From: Octopus sinensis
Taxonomy: Eukaryota
DNA length: 64,000 nucleotides
Assembly: GCF_006345805.1 (NCBI RefSeq)
Contig: NC_043003.1
Span: forward strand, 10,044,001 to 10,108,000
Direction: 5' to 3'
Shown here: positions 12,891 to 26,102 of the stretch, one piece after another
How the letters are laid out: each line of letters starts with the position of its first letter
Position numbering within the stretch: the stretch's first letter is position 1
Program-made: the position numbers and the translations under genes
Notes under the pieces: generated by a model
Database searches by the model: none
What the model saw: the letters and a program-made list of their open reading frames with translations, nothing else
What the model was told of the DNA's origin: nothing

Positions 12891-13901
12891 TAATAATAAT
12901 AATAATGATAATAATAAGTCCATTTTGAGGCTTCTAGAGGTGACTGACGGTTGTAAAACTACTTTTGAACTAAGATGATAGTTCATCCTATTATATCTAA
13001 AATGATTGGGATTGAAACTTTATTACCTAATTCCCGAGGCAGTATAAGGCAAAATAATTCAATTAAACAGGAAATGTAATGAACAACAAAACACGGTGTT
13101 CGCGGGCTTTTAAATCGTTCTTTCAATTACTACTACACTCATTAGAGCTAAGATTTTGGCACCAGTTTTTCAGTTAATTATTTACTAATTACCGAATGAA
13201 TGTTATTTCACATTAGTTCTTATCTAAATAGATTTCTGATGTGATTTAGGGCACAATAACTTCGGCAATCTTTAGTAATTCTGCACCAGGTGGCGTGTGT
13301 CACCTGGTTCAGCAACACTAATTATTAATTGAGCTACTTTTCCAGGTAATCTTATTTGCCCTATTTCGTATATTCCTTTCATTTTGCAATTTGAAGACCA
13401 GGTCATCTGCGTACAATCAGATGCAATCCATGGTGAAATATTTATTTAAAAACGGCTAAGAAAGTTCCAAAACACCGTTATATCTTTCAAAACATAAATT
13501 GAAATTACCTGAGGCACGAGGCAGGTGTAGGAAACAAAGAAAACTACCTTGCATCAAGATATAAAACATTGAAACAGTGATACACATTTATTCGGTTTGT
13601 GTATCTCATATAATATTTACAACTCACAACATATAAAAACCTACGTCATCCCATGATAATACAAAATGTGTGTAAATGAAATTTAATTTACTGCAACAGT
13701 AATAATTAATTCTCATATTGCTGAAAATCCATATAAATCATAACGCGTGTGTATGTGAATGTGCGTAGAGTCAATTAAATCAACCCCAATACATGGTTAG
13801 CGATTATTGTACAGTCTCCAGAGGGATGGCAAAACAACTCGAAATTCTGCTGCATTTAACACAGAGAACGTAAAACAACATAATGTCACAAAAAAGTATT
13901 T

Positions 13902-14064
13902 AGGCGCAGGAGTGCCGTGTGGTAAGTAGCTTGCTAACCAACCACATGGTTCCGGGTTCAGTCCCACTGCGTGGCATCTTGGGCAAATGTTTTCTGCTAT
14001 AGCCCCGGACTGACCAATGCCTTGTGAGTGGATTTGGTAGACGGAAACTGAAAGAAGCCTGTCG

Positions 14065-14114
<50 letters not shown>

Positions 14115-14330
14115 TGTGTTTGTGTGTCTGTGTTTGTCCCACTAGCATTGCTTGACAACCGATGCCGGTGTGTTTACGTTCCCGTCACTTAGCGGTTCGG
14201 TAAAAGAGACCGATAGAATAAGTACTAGGCTTACAAAGAATAAGTCCCGGGGTCGATTTGCTCGACTAAAGGCGGTGCTCCAGCATGGCCGCAGTCAAAT
14301 GACTGAAACAAGTAAAAGAGTAAAAGAGAG
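13902..14330 (+). mobile_element. tRNA-derived SINE (family B) with internal TA/TG microsatellite
   Basis: GGCGCAGGAGTG..GTGTGGTAAGTAGCTTGC..GGGTTCAGTCCC head and tail GGCGGTGCTCCAGCATGGCCGCAGTCAAATGACTGAAAC. Copies at 24690, 35639, 55245 and 59215. Confidence 0.88.
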
Positions 14331-14380
14331 AGAGACAAACGATTTGCCAATTCTGTAACAATCTGAATAATATCTTTTCA

Positions 14381-14775
14381 CTAGCAGTATCGCCCGGCGT
14401 TGCTCGGGTTTGTTTCGACCCTTTAGAATTGGAATTTTTGAAAAGTAAAAAATTTGCATTATGTAGCTTGTTATTCTCTTTGAGTGAACATTTTTCTGGT
14501 TGAAATACACCGAAAAATGGCGACACAGCAGTAGAAAAATCGTAAAAAATAGGGATTTTCATAGAAAAAAAGCACCTTTCTGATGTAAATAATTTTTGGT
14601 CCTAACATGCTCCGATTTGAATTTTTTTCTTCTATAGAATGAAGAGCATGCTTTCTGCTATCATACTCACAATTTTGCTCAACTTGCGCCGCAGGGTCTC
14701 GGAGGAGATAGTGTTAATTGAAGGCTACCTAACCTGCCATACACAGACAACTTCAGCTTTATATATAGAGAGAGA
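14381..14775 (-). mobile_element. Non-autonomous Helitron
   Basis: On the minus strand it begins TC and ends CTAG, with a subterminal GC hairpin (CCCGAGCAACGCCGGG). It is inserted between A and T with no TSD. Termini are shared with 18937 and 49344. Confidence 0.8.
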
Positions 14776-15553
14776 TTAGGAACAATGCTAATTTTGTGTC
14801 AGCTTGGCAGTACACTTGCCAGAATATTCGTCGGAATACTACCCGCACTTCTTCTATCGATCCTATGGAAATCAGAACTTATTACAGTAATTCTCTGAAC
14901 TAAATATTGCAAACATCTGTGTTGGTATTCTACGGTGTTATCCTAAAAAAAAAGCCATTACAATTTCAAAAAAAAAAGAAGTAAATTAATACAAGTAGCA
15001 TAAAACAATAAAACTAAGATAAAGAATGAAAAACACAGGCGAATGAATGATAGTAAACGAAATACAAAAGTAAATGAATACTAAAATTTCAATTAAAAAC
15101 CACTCTAAAATTAAGCAAACAATGGAACAATAAGAAATAAAAAAAATGGAGTTTAAATGTGACAAGATGATGTCTAGTAAAAGTGATCAATCACCAAACA
15201 AACGACAGGTCGAACTGCTCGGAAAGTGTAAAAATACAATAGAAAGGAAATAACATCTCTCCAACCAATCAATATCTATTCGATAGTGATGTAATATTGC
15301 TGGTGAATAACGACTTTCATAGCATTTCCATTAAATTGAAAAATAAATATATAAAACAGGTATAAAACAGTAATAAAATATATTTTATCCTGAAATGTGT
15401 TTGTCGTTATGAGAATACCATCGATTCACTACGACCGCGACGACGATTATTAGAATGAAGATGTTATGAAAGAGCCTTTTTTTTACGTGGGAGGGTGCTT
15501 AGTGTCCTACACAAAACAAACAAATCTCAAATTCCACCATTCCTTTCATACAA

Positions 15554-15761
<208 letters not shown>

Positions 15762-18062
15762 GATTGATTGATTGATTGATTGATTCTAGTTTCAGCTTAT
15801 GAGCTGTGGCCATGCTGGGGCACCGCCATTTGGTGTTGCTACTTGGTTTCACTTCATGGAGGCTTTCTAGCAACTGCTATTTGGTGCATGAGAGAGTTCG
15901 ATGCAGCTGCCCTCATCTGCCCCTCCTGCCGTGAAGTTGGTTCATCTGGGACACCTGACAGGAAGAGATCCAGCTTCATTTTAAAGACATCTGTATCCAC
16001 CCCATGCAGGTCTCTCAGGTTCTTCGGGAGGATATTGAAGAGCTGTGGGCCTCGGAAGCCCAGGCTATCACAGAATCTTGTCCTACATCTTGATGGCAGG
16101 TTTGGAGTCCTAGGCACCATGCAGTGGCGCCCAGTTCTGGCATTTGCGTAACTCTCGATGCCAAAGTTCAGGACACTTCCCTCCAGGATCTTCCAGATGT
16201 ATATTATGGCATATCTTTCCCGCCTACGCTCCAGGGAATATAATTTTAATCTCTTGAGTCTTTCCCAGTAGCTTACATTCTGCATAGAGGCTATCTTCTT
16301 TGTGTAGCTTCGTTGGATCGCCTCAAGTTCTGTGATCAACTTGACACTGGATGGTGACCATAGCTGAGAGCAATAGTCAAAGTGGCTTAGGACAAGTGTC
16401 TTCCAGAGGACCATTATGGTTTCTTGTTCTCTTGTTCTAAAGGTTCTAAGAATCCATCCAGCCAGCCGTCTACATTTCATTGTCAGTTTAGCAACATGTA
16501 CATGAAAGGTCGCGTCATCACTCATGTGAATACCCAGGTCACGCACTGATTGTGCCTCTGGGATTGCAATCCCTCCGGGTCCAGTGTATTCATTGGGTAT
16601 TGCATTCAGTTGTGCATGCTGATAGTATAAAGCTTGAAACTTTCCAGCATTGAACTGCATGCTATTCTTTTCAGCCCACTTGTATATTTCGTCCAGCTCA
16701 CATTGCAGGTGTTTAGTGTCCTCAGGGTTCTGTATTGCCTGTGAAACTTTTGTATCATCTGCATAACTTGTGATCGTGGCTCTCTGCGTGGCTGAGGGCA
16801 TGTCTGAGAGGGCCATTATGAACAGTAGTGGTCCCAGAACAGTGCCCTGCGGAACACCGCTCACTATTTGTGTGTTAATGGGGGTGGCCCCATTGGGTAC
16901 TACCACCTGACTTCTATCCTTCAGAAAGTCATGAAGCCATTCTCCCAGTTTTCCAACTATGTTGACATCACGCAGTTTGTGACATATCATTCCATGATCG
17001 ATTTTATCAAAGGCCTTTGCAAAGTCGAGATATATCACTTCCACATTTGAGTGGTTGAGCAGCCGTTTCAGCACCCAGTCATAGTGTTGTAGGAGCTGAG
17101 TTAAACAGCTTCTCCCTGGTCGGAAACCATGTGGGTGTCGGGCAGCAAGTCATTCTCTTCAGGAAGGTGATCAGCTTCCTTCTGACTATTCGTTCCATGA
17201 CCTTGCTGATGTGTGAGGTCAGAGAGATAGGTCTATAGTTCTTGGCTTCCGCTCTGCTACCTCCTTTATGAATGGGGCATATTTTACCTTCCTTCAGTTT
17301 TCCTGGAAGTTTGCCAGCTGCAAGGAAGCTCTGAAAGAGAAACTGCAGTGGTCTTGCTAGGACTCTCTTACATGCTTTTAGGAGGATTGCCGGGAATCCA
17401 TCGGGGCCAGTAGCTGAGTCTGTTTTCATTTCATCTATAGCCTTGGTTACATCTTCTTCCTTTATATCGATGTAATCTATCGTCGCCGCCTCTGATTTTA
17501 TATCTGCAGTGGTAAAAAAGTCAGTTGGATTGGTGATTTGGAGATGCCCAAGGGGTGGAGTGAAAACACTCTTGAATTGCTCATTCAGTATTTCACTTAC
17601 CCTCATTGGTTTTCCTGTAAGTGTGCCATCCTTTTCGAGGAGTGGCCCTACTCTACAGTGCACTGTAGCTGTTTCTTTGGCATACCTGTAGAAAGCTCTG
17701 GGGTTAGATTTTATGTTTTCTATAGCCCAGGCTTCTTTGTCTGCTCTTTCTTTTTCATGGGAGAGTTGCAGACATTTTTCGATTTCCAACAGTTTTATTT
17801 TTAGGCGGGACTTTTCACTGCTTTCAATCTGTTTGTTTAGGCGATTTGAAAATTTCGTACGCCGTCTCATTAAAATTTTCCTCTCTCTGGGGATTTTGTT
17901 CTTGTGTACAGTGGCCTTTCTCTCTGGGACACATTTGTAGCATATGGCTTGCATTACAGACATGAATTGTTGAAGTTTCACGTCGATGTCTGGCGAGGAG
18001 AGACATTTAGGCCAGTTTTGTTTGAGGATCTCTTTCTCAATTTGTTTCCAGTTTGCCTTATG
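15762..18062 (-). mobile_element. 5'-truncated CR1/L2-like LINE with frameshifted reverse transcriptase, inserted in (TA)n
   Basis: ORFs 17079-17981 (GPDG, NYRPISLTS) and 15854-17074 (YLDFAKAFD, GVPQGTVLGPLLF, YADD). The 3' end is a (CAAT)n tail. Confidence 0.92.
15854..17981 (-). pseudogene. LINE ORF2 reverse transcriptase, broken by a frameshift near 17100-17160
   Basis: RT motifs are split across two ORFs of the track. Confidence 0.88.
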
Positions 18063-18094
18063 GTAGATATATATGTATATATATATATATATAT

Positions 18095-18187
<93 letters not shown>

Positions 18188-18211
18188 ATATATATATAAT
18201 ATATATATATA

Positions 18212-18432
18212 TATAAATGAAAGAATGGAGTCGAACGACGATTTATTCTCGACATATGTCGTTCGACTCCATTCTTTCATTTATTTATAGTAAAAAAACA
18301 CACAAATTTCCACACGAAAGCACGTGATTTCTGCCCTTGGCATGTAGCTTCAACCGTGATTTCTGACGTAAATTTGCTACCCGGGTATCGGTTAACCGAA
18401 TTATCCATACTAGGATAATTCATTCAACTACT

Positions 18433-18437
<5 letters not shown>
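18212..18437 (-). mobile_element. (TA)n-embedded fold-back element, short version of 50785-51478
   Basis: Inverted repeat ATAAATGAAAGAATGGAGTCGAACGAC / GTCGTTCGACTCCATTCTTTCATTTAT. The loop retains the HHR stem III and cleavage site (CATATGTCGAGAA on minus). The unique arm matches 50785-50930. Confidence 0.8.
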
Positions 18438-18497
<60 letters not shown>

Positions 18498-18936
18498 TGG
18501 TTTCAGATTTTGGGACAAAGCTAACAAGTTCGGGGGTAAATCGGTTAATCGACCTCAGTGCTGAAATCGAAAATATTTTTATCGATCTCGAAAGGATGAA
18601 AGGCAAAGTCGACCTCAGCAAAATTTGAATTCAAAACGCACGAAATGTCACTATTCCGTAGCAAGACCGCTGTACTAGACGTTTACGACTTTGGGAATCT
18701 TAGTGTACAAAGCAGCTGGAGATACGATAGTTCGATCCCCACCCCCACCCCCCAAAAAACAGGCTATTGCATGCAAAAATGAACATTGAAATAAAAACGC
18801 ATTTGCCAAAATTTGAACATACGACAGTTTAGCATAATAGCAACGATATGCATATTATAGTTTGTCAATGGATGTAAGTAGTTCAAGTAACTAAAGTAAG
18901 TGCCTTAAGGAAGCCTAAACTTACTTTATATATCTA

Positions 18937-19332
18937 CTAGCAGTATCACCCGGCGTTCCTCGGGTTTGTAAGGGAAATAACTATATAAGCATTTTTAGAG
19001 ATGTAAAGTATAATAGCCATCTCAATATGGCTAACCACAAAGGGGGAGGTTACTTTAGCTTTTTACGTTCTGAGATTTTATAATAAATTTTTAGAGAGTT
19101 ACTTCCCTTATATATGCCAAAAATGCATTAAAAATGGGAAAAATTGATGGTAAATTTTTTTTAAATCGTAGACTCATCGTAGATGCGCGCTAATACCCAG
19201 AAGGGCTCGATATGAATCACGACTATGAGATACTCGGTTTTGGTTAAACTGCATCGCAAAATGTGGGAGTAGTTAGGAATCTAAATCGTAGGAGACAGAC
19301 AGCACACAACCTCACTTTCATATATATAAAGA
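18937..19332 (-). mobile_element. Non-autonomous Helitron
   Basis: A|CTAGCAGTATCACCCGGCG...AAAGA|T termini. Body is nearly the same as 49344-49737. Confidence 0.8.
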
Positions 19333-20125
19333 TTACATATTTCTAGTATATATCATAACAGTACATTGTTTTAAAGTTCATGTAGAATATATACTACACG
19401 TTAAAAGGCGGCGAACCGGCAGAAACGCTATCACACCAGGCGAAATGCTCATCGGTTTTTCGTCTGTCTTTACATTCTGAATTCAAATTCCGCCGAGGAT
19501 TTTCTCATCTGCCTTTCATATTTTCGATGTCGATAAATTAAGTCCCAGTTGCATACTGGAGTCGATCTTATCGACTGGCTCCCTTCCCAGATATTTTGGA
19601 TCTTGTTTCTTGAGTACGTACAAAAAAATATATACTACACATTAACAGTCTTGCTTCTGAATATCGTCCATTTACTTTTACCAGATCTTTTATTTGGGTG
19701 AAATAAAACACAGAAGCTTGTCGTTGTTGTTGTTGTTGCCGTTTTGCTCCAGATCAGCTCCGACCGAGTCGAACTATGGACAAAAATATTTCAACTGTGA
19801 CCATTGGATGGTTTATGCATTGTCCTAAGGATCATCCCCTTACATATAATAACTAGGATGCTCTGAGGATTTGAGGAATTTGGCTACTGTCTTCTTTCAT
19901 CGTGCTTATTCGTTTCTATCACTGGACTGCGGCCATGCTGTGGCATCGCCTTGAAGGGTTTTAGTTGAATAAATTAACACTACTATTATTTTTCTTTTCA
20001 AATCTGGTGCTTATTGTATAGGGGACGTAAATAAAGCAACACCGGCTGTCAAGCAGTGGGAGTGGCAAACACAGGCAGTAAGACACACACACGTGCTTCC
20101 TATGTATATATGTTGAAGCCCGTCC

Positions 20126-20198
<73 letters not shown>

Positions 20199-20550
20199 TA
20201 TATATATATGTACATATATACATGGGACGGGCTTCCACACAGTTTTCTTCAAACAAATTTACTCGCAGGGCATTGGATGACATAGGATTATAGTAGAAGA
20301 CATTTGCCCAGGATTCCGTACAGTGGGATTGAACCGGAGCTCCTTAGTCCCACAGCTATGCCTGCACCGATGTCAAGCAACCTGAGCAAAATACGTTATA
20401 GATTCGAGACAAAATTAACAAATTGAACACCAATTTTATTGCCATCGACTCAATGCCTTTGCCACCCATCTATTTATTCCATGCTTTCATTTTCTTATAT
20501 TGCAGTTTTATTTCATGAGGTTCACATATGTTACGTGATAAAAGTGAGAC

Positions 20551-20591
<41 letters not shown>

Positions 20592-23479
20592 GGGAGAGAT
20601 AGAGAGAGAAAGAGAGAGGGAAAGAGCTGTTCTATTTACAATAACAAGACGTCATCATAATTTATTGTTTCTGAGTAGAGACATGAATAGACATGCCACA
20701 ACGAGAGAGAAAATATCGATTTTTAACGAAGGTACATAAGTAAAAGTATTTTCGGAGTGTTTGGACCGTAAAATAAATGGTATCGATCTCAGTAGCTGAC
20801 TGGTGATAATTCTATCGACCTGTTAAAGAAAAACTCTTCGTCGGGATTTGAACTCATGATATGCCTCCTATACTGTGGCTCTACTGATTCTTACATCACC
20901 TACACACAGCCATGCACACGCACACTCACTTTTCATTATCTTTTGCTTTTTATCTGCTCTTGCCATTGGGCTGCGGCCATGCTGGTGCACTGTTTTGAAA
21001 GGTTTAGTCGCTGGTATTTGTTCTGCAGTTCATTTTTACTATGCTTGATCGCAAAATTATGGGAGCATAAACAAACGAATACCGGATGTAAAGCTGTTTT
21101 GGTTTGTTTACGCAAAGGTATACACACACACACGCACACATATATATATATATATCCACCGATGTCGAATTTATCTTTTATCTTTACGGAGTCAATAAAA
21201 TAAGTACCAGTTACACACTGGATTCGATGTAATCGACTCGTCCCCTCCCCCCAAATTGTTGCCCTTGTGACAAAATTTGAAACCATTACTATCGCTGACA
21301 CGACCAATACCATCTCCTTACTGTAACCGTCATCATCACCGCCACTAAGAAAAATATAAGAACTTCACACGTATTCTGAAATTTAATCACATTATCAGTT
21401 GTTTTGAAAGCAAACGGAGGAATGTAATGGAAAAGGTTCTCTCGGCTCAAGGCATTTTATTTTCATTTGTGTGTAGTTTGATTTACGAGGTGCTATGCAA
21501 AAGTTGAGACAATGTCGACATTTTCGAAGACTGTGATTACGCTGATCGATAATAATTACATTTTACGCAGGGAGTGAATTCGCTGTCACCAAATTCCATG
21601 AACCGCTTTTCAATCAAATAATTTCAGACGAACGAAAGAGGATTGACGGGGACATAAAACATCGAGAAGATAAAGCAAGGGAGACGTGCCACTAGACGAA
21701 ATCACAATTTCAATTAACTTTGCGCGAAGATGACGGACGACGAATGACATTGAGAAGGCGTAAATAGGCCGAATCAGATCCGAGTTTCTGTATTCCGTCA
21801 GGTTTGAAGTGAAACCGAATTACATGTAAAATGGAAAAACACACATTGAGCTTTAAAGATAAAGCTTATCACCATCCTTGGATTGCATTCAGTGATGTCT
21901 CCAAGTGACATCGTTTTGAGCAAATGGAAGAGGCATTAGTTATACTCTGCTTTTAATTAAATTATGAAGAAATATTGCTGTAGTTGTTAATATTGCTGTC
22001 ATTTAAAGTCACGTATCATTTCATCTCGCAGATCTATGAAAAAACTACTTTCCATCGATTCTCAAACTTTATGATCATGGCGATGATGTACAGCAATAAT
22101 TTGTGTTATATCCTTTCTAAAAGGTATAATTTTTTTTTAAATGTTATTCCTTGAAAATCGAGCTATCCTCTAACGACTATACACAAAAATTTACATCGGT
22201 CGCATCAGCGGTAAAAAGTAGCAGTATTTGAAATTCTCTCGCCTATATACACACGGTGAGACAAACCAGTTCAAATGTATGAAATCAATAGAAACGAAAT
22301 GTCAATATATTCAAGTGCCATTCTTCTTCGCTTCAATTCACATACACGTGCTCTTCACTTGAGACAATTTAAAACTTTAAAAGTTTATGCAAACCAAAGA
22401 CCAAACGCAAAGAGATCTGGTAATGAAAATTATTATTCAATTTGAACAAGAACGTATTTCGGTTGAAACTTATATATGCGTTTTTGTGTAAGTCTACGAG
22501 AGAATATGCATACATATCCGCTATTAGTTTGTTTATGCACTTCAAGTTAGATTATTTGTTTTATATTTCATTGCATTTTATTTCACAGACATATTTTTTA
22601 CAGTCAATTGAAAATTAGAATTATATAGTGCATGGCTTAATTTTAATTTTCTGCTGTTATGTTAATATCCCTTCTTGTCTACTAAAATTCATACACACAC
22701 ACAAAGCGCATCAATTCATAAGCATATAAATTCATTAAAAAATATTGTAAACAAAATATGGTGAAATCCCGACGTAATCCAGGATCGTAATTCAAAGGTA
22801 TCTAAGTTGTACGATAATGAGAGAATTAAGGTTCTCCTATGAATCTATAAGGTAAACACGAAAGGTTCGCGTGAGTATAAGATAATCAATCAAAAAACTA
22901 CAAATAACAAACAACAAAAAATAACAAAAATAAGTACAATGAATGTCCACAGCTAAGATTATACTAATGCTCTTAGAAGAAATGCAGTTATAGAGAAATA
23001 ATTATAACGTTTCGGACATATTTTATCGGTTACTAAAGTTTCTTTATTAGTCAGACAGGGCCGAATACAGAGGGGACAAAATACAAAGTATAGCTTTTCT
23101 TTTCGAAAATAGAAAAAAAAAAGGAGAAAAATAAAATTGCAATCAAAAGGGATCGTGAGAGTCTTGGAAAGACTGGGACGATAAGGAAAAGAAGAAAAGT
23201 GATAAGAATCCAGACCCTACATCGAATGCACATCAGTTATGTTCACACGCTCAACTTCTGTAAAACGAAATGTATTGAGTCACATTCATACAGTTTAAAC
23301 ACGTAAATTTACTATTCTAAAATTCGACAAGATTTCCTAATAACTCGCTATATATATTTCAACATAACACAAGCCTACAAATATACACACACTCACTCAT
23401 ACCTACAAAAACAAATGTACACAAATATGCACATAAGGTAACTAAAACACAACCACTCTAACATACTGTTATATCGCAG

Positions 23480-23770
23480 ATCTACCCAACCCAAGCCACA
23501 TAGCGTAGACTGTGGGCTGGTAGCTGTGTACAGTCGCTCCAATGGCGCCCGGAGCGAGCTCAGGTCGCCATTGGGGCGACTGTGGGCTAGTAGCTGTGTA
23601 CAGTCACCCCAATGGCGCCCAGAGCTAGCTCTGGTTACCATAGCGTCGACTGAGGGCTGGTAGCTGTGTACCCCAAGTAAGGCATGTGTAAAATTTGAAT
23701 GAAATTGGTTGTGTAGTTCTCAAATTTTAGGGAAACAGATAGACAGACACACTCACATTCTCAGTTTTAT
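23480..23770. repeat. 70-bp-period GC-rich hairpin minisatellite within a probable Helitron-like element end
   Basis: GACTGTGGGCTGGTAGCTGTGTAC at 23508, 23578 and 23648. It ends in ..AGACAGACACACTCACATTCTCAGTTTTATATA, resembling the Helitron 5' ends in this window. Confidence 0.65.
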
Positions 23771-23782
23771 ATATATATATAC

Positions 23783-23863
<81 letters not shown>

Positions 23864-24689
23864 ATGTATATGTATGTATGTATATAACTTATACAACGAT
23901 TTTATGGTATGCGTGTTGGCGTGTATGTATGAATGTAGGTATATGTGTACGTATGTATGTGTGAATGCGTGTGTGTATATCCGAAGTGATTAAACCTATC
24001 AAAAGCCACTGTAATAACGAAATACAATTGTGATGGCTTCATCATTTTAACGCGTGCAGAGAAGAGAAGAGAAATGCTTTTAACAATTCAGAGTAAACAT
24101 TTTCATCTCAAAGGAAAGTTAGGAGAACGAGAGGGAAAAAATTGAAAGAGAAAATGTGAAAAGAGGAAGCAATTGGAAAGTGAAAACATTGATAGAGAAA
24201 AAAGAATAAGGAGCGAAGAGCTGCGTGTAGGCCTGAGCCAGTTTCATCTTAGTAAGTGACTTTGAAATAGACCAGAATGGCTTTTCATCAGCAGAAGAGG
24301 AAAACAGGGGAGATAATGGGTGAGGCCGGTTTAGATCTGTGCATTTGCTAAGTGAGTGTGTATGTGTGTGTGCACGAAAAAGTGATCGCGTGCTGAAGTC
24401 AGAAAAATGTGTGCGTATGCATATGTGTTTCGTAGCCATTTTAGTTGGAAGTGAGAGCGTATCTTTTACTTTGCAAGGTTTGGTTGTGTTTGTATATTGT
24501 ATGTGTGTATAGATGTATGCATGCATACACGCATAAGAAGATTGTATGTGCATCTCGCTTGCATGTTTGTACATTGTGTAATTGCATGTTCGTGTGAATG
24601 TCTCTGTTGTCGTCAGGACGTATGCATGCGTAAGTTTGTTTTTAAGCTAAATATGCATTAATGTGTGTATCTGCGTGTATTTTGTATAT

Positions 24690-24901
24690 CTTTTACTTGT
24701 TTCAGTCATTTGACTGCGGCCATGCTGGAGCACCGCCTTTAATCGAGCAACTCGATCCCGGGACTTCTTCTTTTGTAAGCCCAGTACTAATTCTATCGGT
24801 CTCTTTTGCCGAACCACTAAGTAACGGGGACATAAACACACCAGCATCGGTTGTCAAGCAATGCTAGGGGGACAAACACAGACACACAAACACACACGCG
24901 C

Positions 24902-24960
<59 letters not shown>

Positions 24961-25126
24961 ACGACGGGCTTCTTTCTGTTTCCGTCAACCAAATCCACTC
25001 ATAAGGCTTCGGTCGGCCCAAGGCTATATTAGAAGACACTTGCCCAAGGTGCCACGCAATGGGACTGAACCGGGAACCATGTGGTTGGTTAGCAAGCTAC
25101 TGACCACACAGCCACTCCTGCGCCTA
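24690..25126 (-). mobile_element. tRNA-derived SINE (family B)
   Basis: Reverse complement of 13902-14330. Confidence 0.88.
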
Positions 25127-25590
25127 TGTGTCTGTGTATGTTAGGTGCAACTCTGTCCGTCGTATGTGTCTGTGTGTTTGTAAGAGCGCTACGTTTAATG
25201 CGTGTAGATGTGTGTTAAATGAATATGTTGCATGGAGCGTGCGTGTGAGTCTCCGTGTGTGTAAGAGCGTGTTTGTGTGTTAGTGAGTGACTGAGCACGC
25301 TTGAGCTTGGTTATCTCTAGATTGTGTGATTTTGTTTTTAGATTCTTTAACATAATGCAAGTAGAAGAATTGCTTTCGTGCGTGTTTATTATGTGTATAT
25401 TTTGAGAGACACGTTTACGTATTGTGTGTATGTTTAGTCGGCTTCTTTGATTAGTGTATACGCTGTCTTTCGGTGTGTTTTGATAGTGCATGTGTTTGAA
25501 GTCTAAATGTGCGTGTGTTCTATATGTACAAGTAATATATGGCAGTATGTATTCTATGTGTGTGTGGGGGGGTGTATTTATGCAAATGTA

Positions 25591-26102
25591 CTGTAAATCC
25601 TCGAGTATAGTCCGCCCTTGTGTATAATACACAGGGGATTTTTAGGGGGCTGTACCACTGAAAAACCTAAACATTGTGTATAATACGCACTCCTTCTCTA
25701 ACTTGAGTCAAGGAGGTCTATATAACGTCCTTGGTTCGTAAAACTGTATACGGTAACGTCCTTTATTATTATTGTATATATAACATAATGCAAACATGTA
25801 GCTTTTTTGTGCATTTTGTTTGCAGAAAATAAAGAAATAACAGTAATAACGTTTAATAAATGTTGTTTACTGCAAGTTATGGATGATTATTTTATAGCTT
25901 CATTGCTTTCAGGCTTAGCTTAAGGTATTTTCGCGCCCGACATCACAAAATGTGTCTGAATAAACATTGCCGGACAGCAAATAGAGACTCGGACATTCCT
26001 CAAAAAATAATTTTCATTTATTACCTCGTATATAGTCCGCACTAGGGATTTTGACCTTTAGATTTTGGGGGAAAAATGCGGATTATACTCGAGGATTTAT
26101 GG
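25591..26102. mobile_element. Tigger/pogo-type MITE
   Basis: TIR CTGTAAATCCTCGAGTATAGTCCGC / GCGGATTATACTCGAGGATTTATGG, with TA on the left flank. No ORF. Confidence 0.8.

Noticed and set aside
23508-23671. CRISPR-like repeat-spacer appearance
   Set aside because: Eukaryotic context, no cas genes, only three repeats, and the 'spacers' are homologous to each other.
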